A DNA stretch of 32,000 nucleotides from Bifidobacterium longum subsp. longum JCM 1217 (GTDB taxonomy: Bacteria > Actinomycetota > Actinomycetes > Actinomycetales > Bifidobacteriaceae): assembly GCF_000196555.1 (NCBI RefSeq), contig NC_015067.1, positions 780,001 to 812,000 of the forward strand, in the 5' to 3' direction. Each line of letters starts with the position of its first letter. Position 1 is the first letter of the stretch. The position numbers were made by a program, and so were the translations under genes. Of this stretch, positions 27,037-32,000 are shown in pieces. The notes under the pieces were generated by a model. The model was not told where the DNA came from, made no database searches, and saw only the letters and a list, made by a program, of their open reading frames with translations.

Positions 27037-27222
27037 TTGAGCGAATTGAGCATCTTCGTGGACGAATCTGGCGAGTGAGGTAAGCTGTCCGAATACTATC
27101 TCATCACATTGGTGCTTCACGTCCAGTCCGATTCTGTAGCGGAACATATTGATAAGTATGAACGCCATCTGGCTGATTCCGGCTTGCCTGATATTCCATT
27201 CCATGTTTCAGATTTTCAGTAG
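27037..27222 (+). pseudogene. Decayed DUF3800-like gene remnant (in-frame TGA, truncated)
   Basis: My translation is LSELSIFVDESGE*GKLSEYYLITLVLHVQSDSVAEHIDKYERHLADSGLPDIPFHVSDFQ*. The IFVDESG ... YYLI..V.H ... PFH.SD pattern resembles the N-terminal part of DUF3800 proteins. There is an in-frame stop at 27076-27078, and only about 60 codons are present against a normal length of about 200+. Confidence 0.45.
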
Positions 27223-27332
27223 AATGGCGACAGACAAATCCCGCTGGCTTGCTAGTAAAGCGTTGTCCTCGGGGAGGGTTTTGTTTGTTATTGAAAGATA
27301 ACGCGGCATCGAATAGATAGGGGAGGTCCGGC

Positions 27333-28505
27333 ATGGGACGTCATCAGCGCGCAGAAGCCTCCGGACTCATCTCCTTCTTGATTTGCGCCGTCGTCGGCGC
27401 GGTATCGATGAACCTGTACATGGAATACGCGCCGGCCATCTGGCAGCTGACGCAACGCCGATTCATGGTATGTTCGGGCATCGTGGCGGCATGCGGTGTC
27501 ATTTCCTTCATTATTGGCTATGCGCGTAAATCACGTTCATTGAACCTCAAACATGGTTGGTTTGCACCGATTCGTCGCATTTTCGAAATCGTCGCCCTTT
27601 CGGTGGTGTATGCCTCGACCATCTTCCTGTCGTCCTTCGCCCTCATCGGTGCGGCCAACGATATGATGGGCAATGCCATTTTCTCCGGCTATATTTCCAG
27701 CGTCTGCGCCGCCTTTGCCGGCGTGGTGGGGTACATGACCTTTGTACAGGCGGAGATGATGAACGCCAAAACCATTGCCAGCCTGTTGCCGTTCTTCGTC
27801 ATCTCCGGCGTGGTCACCGCCGGCATGACCACCGACGACCCATACTGGTATCACAACAACTTTTCGCAGCTTGGTGACAGAACCACGTTCGCGGCCCGTA
27901 TGTTCAACTCCACGCTGATTCTTGCCGGCACGTGCATCATCATCGTCAGCTACTTCGCCATCTCCGAATTGGTGACCACCGAACGGCTACAGCGCCTCTG
28001 GCACGACCGCACCAACAGAGATCCGAATCGCGGCTACGAAATCCCACATTTCATGCTGCGCATCTCCATTCTGTCCTTCCTGCTGATGGTGGCCGGCCTG
28101 GCATTCATCGGCATCGGCGTGTTCCGGTACACGCCACACAATCTCTTGCACAATATATGCGCCAAAGGCCTGCCGTTCGTCATGCTGCTGCTGTTCGTGC
28201 TCCTGCCATGGCTTGCGCCACGCCTGTCCAAAACAGTGATGGTGGCCTCCGACCTGACCGCGCTCGTATGCGCTGCATTCTGGGTCAATATGATGATGGG
28301 TCACAACACCCTCACCAATGTGGAGGCGTTGGCTGGTCTGGCGTTCCTAGGCTGGTTCATCGTGTTCTCGCGCCAGATCGCCGCCATCGAGGCCGACCGC
28401 GTGGCCGCCCAGCTGCTGCACGCGCAGGCCATCGAAGGCGGACTGGAGGAAGCATCCACCGAGCCCGCACAGCAGATTGAATCCCGCATCGCCGCCGACC
28501 GTTGA
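27333..28505 (+). CDS. Polytopic membrane protein of unknown function (C-terminal half DUF998-like)
   Basis: 390-aa ORF. ATG 27333 follows GGGGAGG. It has about 10 predicted hydrophobic helices, and the segment YWYHNNFSQLGDRTTFAARMFNSTLILAG resembles the S-x-LG / FN motif I associate with DUF998. The hydrophilic C-terminal tail is A/Q/E-rich. Confidence 0.72.
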   Translation: MGRHQRAEASGLISFLICAVVGAVSMNLYMEYAPAIWQLTQRRFMVCSGIVAACGVISFIIGYARKSRSLNLKHGWFAPIRRIFEIVALSVVYASTIFLSSFALIGAANDMMGNAIFSGYISSVCAAFAGVVGYMTFVQAEMMNAKTIASLLPFFVISGVVTAGMTTDDPYWYHNNFSQLGDRTTFAARMFNSTLILAGTCIIIVSYFAISELVTTERLQRLWHDRTNRDPNRGYEIPHFMLRISILSFLLMVAGLAFIGIGVFRYTPHNLLHNICAKGLPFVMLLLFVLLPWLAPRLSKTVMVASDLTALVCAAFWVNMMMGHNTLTNVEALAGLAFLGWFIVFSRQIAAIEADRVAAQLLHAQAIEGGLEEASTEPAQQIESRIAADR

Positions 28506-28513
28506 TAGATATC

Positions 28514-28643
28514 TCGTTCATTAGGTCGATTTGTCGTTCATTTGGTAGGTTCGGTGTCCTACGCCATGTTGGGATCGCGCCATTTCAAAGGTGGGTGCGG
28601 AGGCTGACCTACCAAATGAACGACAAATCGACCAAATGAATGA
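28514..28643. repeat. 130-bp nested inverted-repeat element (27-bp perfect core arms, 37-bp arms with 2 mismatches, 56-nt spacer)
   Basis: GGTCGATTTGTCGTTCATTTGGTAGGT (28524-28550) pairs with ACCTACCAAATGAACGACAAATCGACC (28607-28633). I checked these base by base. Each arm holds two direct copies of a 16-nt unit, TCGTTCATTWGGTMGR, spaced 20 bp apart. Confidence 0.88.
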
Positions 28644-28687
28644 CAGCGGACGCTCTGAAGCCTCCAAATACTGATAGATTTGGCCTT

Positions 28688-30025
28688 ATGACTGAACAAC
28701 TCACGAATCTCTGGCCTGCCCCGCTCGCCACACAGCCGTTGAACGCTACGGTAACGGTGCCGGGCAGCAAGTCCCTATCCAACCGCTACCTGATTCTCGC
28801 CGCCCTCGGCAGCAAGCCCGTTACTCTGATTGGCCTGCTGCGTTCGCGCGACACGGACCTTATGATGGGTGCCCTCGAAGCCCTCGGTGTCCGCTGCGAC
28901 GTGGATTCCGCAACCGACACCACCGTAACGGTTACTCCTCCCGTATCCGGCCGATTCCATGGCAACGTCAATGTGTTCTGCGGACTGGCCGGCACGGTGA
29001 TGCGTTTCGTGCCCGGCCTTGCCCTGTTTGCAGATGGCCCAGTGAATTTTGATGGCGACGAACAGGCTTATGCACGCCCGATGAAGCCGGTGCTTGACGG
29101 TTTGGAACAGCTGGGTGCAACGGTTGATTACCACGGCGAGGTTGGCCGTCTGCCGTTCACTATTACGCCGCCTGCAACCTTGCCGTCTGCCCAGGCGCAG
29201 GTCAGCATCGATTCGTCCGGTTCTTCCCAGTTCATCTCCGGCCTGTTGCTGATTAGTTCCAAACTGCCTAGCGGTCTGCACCTCGCGCACACGGGGGAGA
29301 AGACCCCGAGCCTACCGCACATTCGCATGACTGTGGCTGATGTGACCGGTGCCGGCGGTGCGGTTGAGGCCGACGAATCCGCCCGCACATGGACGGTTGA
29401 ACCGCGCGCAATGCAACTGCCGAGCAAGGTGACCGTTGAGCCCGACCTGTCGAACGCGGCGCCATTCCTCGGCGCGGCATTGATCGCCGGCGGCACGGTC
29501 CGGGTGCCTCATTGGCCTGAGACCACCACCCAGCCGGGTGGTTTGTTGCCGGGCTATCTGGAACAGATGGGTGCCAAAGTATCGTTCCCGACAATCGATG
29601 GCGTGCGCTATTGCGAGGTGACCGGTGACGGCACCGTGCATGGGCTGGGTACGTTCGATTTGACGGCGGCCGGGGAGATTGCGCCCTCGTTGGCGGCGAT
29701 TCTGGTGTTTGCTGATAAGTCGACAGACATGGTTGGTATTGGTCACTTGCGCGGCCACGAAACGAATCGTCTGGAGGCATTGGTCAACGAGATTCGTCGT
29801 GTTGGGGGAGCGGCTGAGGAATTGCCTGATGGATTGCGTATCGAACCGGTGCCGGCGGAGACGTTGCACGGTGCCGTGATGGAAACCTATGCTGATCACC
29901 GTATGGCCACGTTCGCCGCGATGCTGGGGCTGCGTATTCCCGATATCGAGGTCATCAACGTGGCCACCACGCGCAAGACCTTGCCTGATTTCGTCGGTAT
30001 GTGGAGCGGCATGCTGAGGCAGTAA
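28688..30025 (+). CDS. aroA: 3-phosphoshikimate 1-carboxyvinyltransferase (EPSP synthase)
   Basis: It has the motifs LWPAPLA...VTVPGSKSLSNRYLILAALG, CGLAGTVMRF and ADHRMATFAA. I chose ATG 28688 because the track start 28640 lies inside the inverted-repeat arm and adds a non-conserved 16 aa. The start remains uncertain, and neither candidate has a strong RBS. Confidence 0.9.
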   Translation: MTEQLTNLWPAPLATQPLNATVTVPGSKSLSNRYLILAALGSKPVTLIGLLRSRDTDLMMGALEALGVRCDVDSATDTTVTVTPPVSGRFHGNVNVFCGLAGTVMRFVPGLALFADGPVNFDGDEQAYARPMKPVLDGLEQLGATVDYHGEVGRLPFTITPPATLPSAQAQVSIDSSGSSQFISGLLLISSKLPSGLHLAHTGEKTPSLPHIRMTVADVTGAGGAVEADESARTWTVEPRAMQLPSKVTVEPDLSNAAPFLGAALIAGGTVRVPHWPETTTQPGGLLPGYLEQMGAKVSFPTIDGVRYCEVTGDGTVHGLGTFDLTAAGEIAPSLAAILVFADKSTDMVGIGHLRGHETNRLEALVNEIRRVGGAAEELPDGLRIEPVPAETLHGAVMETYADHRMATFAAMLGLRIPDIEVINVATTRKTLPDFVGMWSGMLRQ

Positions 30026-30047
30026 GGGGTCCTGTGTTCTGGTGGAC

Positions 30048-30079
30048 CCCCCTCAGTCCGCCGGAGGCGACTGAGGGGG
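30048..30079. repeat. GC-rich CCCCCTCAGTC/GACTGAGGGGG hairpin element (family copy D) after the aroA stop
   Basis: It has a perfect 11-bp stem with a 10-nt loop (cgccggaggc), followed by caGGGGtaGGGG. Confidence 0.55.
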
Positions 30080-30118
30080 AGTATGACGCAGGGGTAGGGG
30101 TCTCATGACCATATACGA

Positions 30119-30152
30119 ATGGGGGCTGATTCCAATCGGAATCAGCCCCCAT
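30119..30152. terminator. Bidirectional terminator hairpin between convergent aroA and ackA
   Basis: ATGGGGGCTGATTCC aatc GGAATCAGCCCCCAT forms a perfect 15-bp stem. Confidence 0.7.
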
Positions 30153-30195
30153 AGTGTTGCAACTAGAGATTGGTGAGATGCCTAACGGCGGTTAC

Positions 30196-31425
30196 TTACT
30201 TGGCGAAGGTGTTGCCGTAGGTGTCGGTGCCGGCTTCGGCGATTGCGGCGGACTTGCGGGCGATGGCCAGCTCTTCGTTCGTCGGAATCACGGCGATGAT
30301 CACGGAGGAGTCCGGAGTGGAGATGATGCGCGGTTCCTTGGAGCGGGTGGCGTTCTTCTCCTCGTCCAGCTTGACGCCGAACGGAGCGAGCTTGTCGCAC
30401 ACCATCTTGCGGACCACGTCGTCGTTCTCGCCCACGCCAGCGGTGAAGGTGATCACGTCGCAGCCACCCATCTGGTAGGTGTAGTTGCCGATGTAGCTGA
30501 CGATGCGGTGCACGTAGACATCCAGAGCCAGCTTGGCGTCCTCATTGCCCTCGGACACCAGACGGTGAACCTCACGCAAATCGCCATAGCCGGTCATGCC
30601 CATCATGCCGGAACGCTTGTTGAACAGGGCGTCAAGCTCGTCCACGTTCATGTGGGCGTTGCGGATCAGGTGGAAGACCACAGCCGGGTCGATGTCACCG
30701 GTACGGCCGCCCATCATCAGGCCCTCAAGCGGGGTCAGACCCATGGAGGTCTCAACCGGCTTGCCGGAGACTTCAGCGGAAGCGGAAGCGCCGTTGCCGA
30801 TGTGCAAAACGATCTGCTTCAGGCCTTCAGCCGGCTTGCCGATGACGTCCGGCACCACGGAGGAGATGTACTCGTGGGAGGTGCCGTGGGCGCCGTAGCG
30901 GCGGATGTGGTACTGATCGGCGATTTCCTTGTTCAGCGCGTAGGTGCTGGCGGCCTTCGGCAGCTGGAAGAAGAAGGAGGAATCGAAGACGAAGATCTGC
31001 GGAACGTCCGGCAGCAGGGAGCGCATGACTTCGGCGCCCTTGGCCTCCGGTCCGTTGTGCAGCGGGGCGAGCACAGCCAGATCCTTGACCTGGTTGATGG
31101 TCTTGTTGGTCACGAGGGCCGGCTTCGGGAAGATGGAGCCACCCTGCACCACACGGTGGCCGACGGCGACAATGCCAGCCTCAGACAGGTTCGGGCCGTA
31201 CTCCTCGAAGAAGCCGAGCACGCGCTTCAGACCCTGCTCGTGGTCGTGAATCGGCTCTTCAAGCTCGTGCTTTTCGCCGTTGTACTCGTGCTTGTAGTGG
31301 CCGTCGACCGGCTCACCGATCTTCTCGACGAGGCCGGAAGCGAGGCCTTCGCCGGATTCGAGATCAACCAGCTGGTACTTGATCGAGCTGGAGCCGGAAT
31401 TGATGACAAGGACGGTTTTCGCCAT
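30196..31425 (-). CDS. ackA: Acetate kinase
   Basis: I chose ATG 31425 (MAKTVLVINSGSSSIKYQLVD...), which follows GGAGGA (reverse complement of 31434-31439), over the track start 31467. The protein is 409 aa. Confidence 0.95.
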   Translation of the reverse strand: MAKTVLVINSGSSSIKYQLVDLESGEGLASGLVEKIGEPVDGHYKHEYNGEKHELEEPIHDHEQGLKRVLGFFEEYGPNLSEAGIVAVGHRVVQGGSIFPKPALVTNKTINQVKDLAVLAPLHNGPEAKGAEVMRSLLPDVPQIFVFDSSFFFQLPKAASTYALNKEIADQYHIRRYGAHGTSHEYISSVVPDVIGKPAEGLKQIVLHIGNGASASAEVSGKPVETSMGLTPLEGLMMGGRTGDIDPAVVFHLIRNAHMNVDELDALFNKRSGMMGMTGYGDLREVHRLVSEGNEDAKLALDVYVHRIVSYIGNYTYQMGGCDVITFTAGVGENDDVVRKMVCDKLAPFGVKLDEEKNATRSKEPRIISTPDSSVIIAVIPTNEELAIARKSAAIAEAGTDTYGNTFAK

Positions 31426-31502
31426 TATGGGCATCCTCCATTGTGATTGAATGTTCCCGTGAGACACGGGTTACCGTTGATTAGATTACTCGTTGCTTGC
31501 TA

Positions 31503-31543
31503 CAAAAAAGGCATTACGGTGGCTCCCGCTGGCGGGAGCCACC
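31503..31543 (-). terminator. Intrinsic-terminator-like hairpin plus T-run between pta and ackA
   Basis: GGTGGCTCCCGC / GCGGGAGCCACC (31518-31543) is followed on the minus strand by CCTTTTTTG, the reverse complement of 31502-31510. Confidence 0.6.
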
Positions 31544-31559
31544 GGGAGCCAAGCCGGGC

Positions 31560-32000
31560 TCACTGCGCTTCGATGGCGGTGAGGGCGATGGTGTTGATGA
31601 TGTCCCGCACCAGAGCACCACGGGACAGGTCGTTTACCGGCTTGTTGAGACCCTGCAGCACCGGGCCGATGGCCAAGGCGCCGGAGGAGCGCTGCACAGC
31701 TTTGTAGCCGATGTTGCCGGCGCACAGGTCCGGGAAGACGAACACGTTGACGTGTCCAGCCACATCGTTGCCCTTGGCCTTGGTGGCGGCTACGGTGGGG
31801 GACCAAGCGGCGTCGAACTGGATGGAACCGACCACCGGCAGATCCGGAGCCTTCTCCTTGAGCAGCTTGGTGGCTTCCTCGACCATGTCCACGTCCGGTC
31901 CCTTGCCGGAACCGAGGGTGGAGTAGGAGAGCATACCGACCTTCGGGTCGATGCCGAAGGCACGTGCGGTCTCGGCGGACTGCAGCGCGATTTCGGAAAG
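31560..32000 (-). CDS. pta: Phosphate acetyltransferase, C-terminal part (5' end lies outside the window)
   Basis: The frame is open from the window edge to the stop at 31560-31562. The sequence ...[34 protein letters not shown]...[19 protein letters not shown]...[17 protein letters not shown] is typical of the Pta C-terminus. Confidence 0.9.
   Translation of the reverse strand, partial: LSEIALQSAETARAFGIDPKVGMLSYSTLGSGKGPDVDMVEEATKLLKEKAPDLPVVGSIQFDAAWSPTVAATKAKGNDVAGHVNVFVFPDLCAGNIGYKAVQRSSGALAIGPVLQGLNKPVNDLSRGALVRDIINTIALTAIEAQ

Noticed and set aside
26643-28640. Integrative element or prophage remnant inserted at tRNA-Pro
   Set aside because: I found no integrase or recombinase gene and no direct repeat of the tRNA 3' end. 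The anomalous DNA lies on the 5' side of the tRNA. I kept it only as an AT-rich remnant finding, not as a mobile-element call.

Overview
This window is a high-GC (about 60% by eye) actinobacterial chromosome segment. Gene content and protein sequences look most like Bifidobacterium, but I could not run a search to confirm that. Almost all of it is conserved housekeeping DNA.

Gene order, left to right:
- ComF-like PRTase 3' end, then an SOS-box-controlled stand-alone S24 (UmuD-like) peptidase
- an OmpR-type two-component pair, then glgB
- carD and ispF
- a metal ABC importer: permease, ATPase, and a lipoprotein binding protein
- folD, rpsA, coaE, uvrB
- a TerC-family membrane protein, then pyk
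- a Nudix hydrolase, a tRNA-like gene, an ANTAR response regulator (PdtaR-like), then polA
- a NIF3-family protein, a second Nudix hydrolase, then glgX
- tRNA-Pro, followed by a short AT-richer islet holding a decayed DUF3800-like gene and a polytopic membrane protein
- aroA, ackA, and the 3' end of pta

I found no CRISPR array, no transposase or integrase, and no recognisable multi-gene defence or toxin system. I cannot point to a convincing novel multi-gene system here.

The points worth a second look are small-scale:
1. A perfect actinobacterial SOS box in front of an arm-less UmuD'-like protein that has no polymerase partner nearby.
2. A perfect lac-type palindrome upstream of pyk, with a near-copy in the glgB/carD divergent region.
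3. AACGAT/ATCGTT palindromes in front of both transcription units of the metal importer.
4. A 74-nt tRNA with a CAA anticodon but a class I (short variable loop) shape.
5. Two very long perfect or near-perfect inverted repeats, at uvrB/terC and upstream of aroA.
6. A dispersed family of GC-rich CCCCTC...GAGGGG hairpin repeats at gene ends.
7. The AT-rich remnant next to tRNA-Pro, which contains a G10 tract.

The many long ORFs antisense to real genes are treated as GC-driven shadow ORFs.
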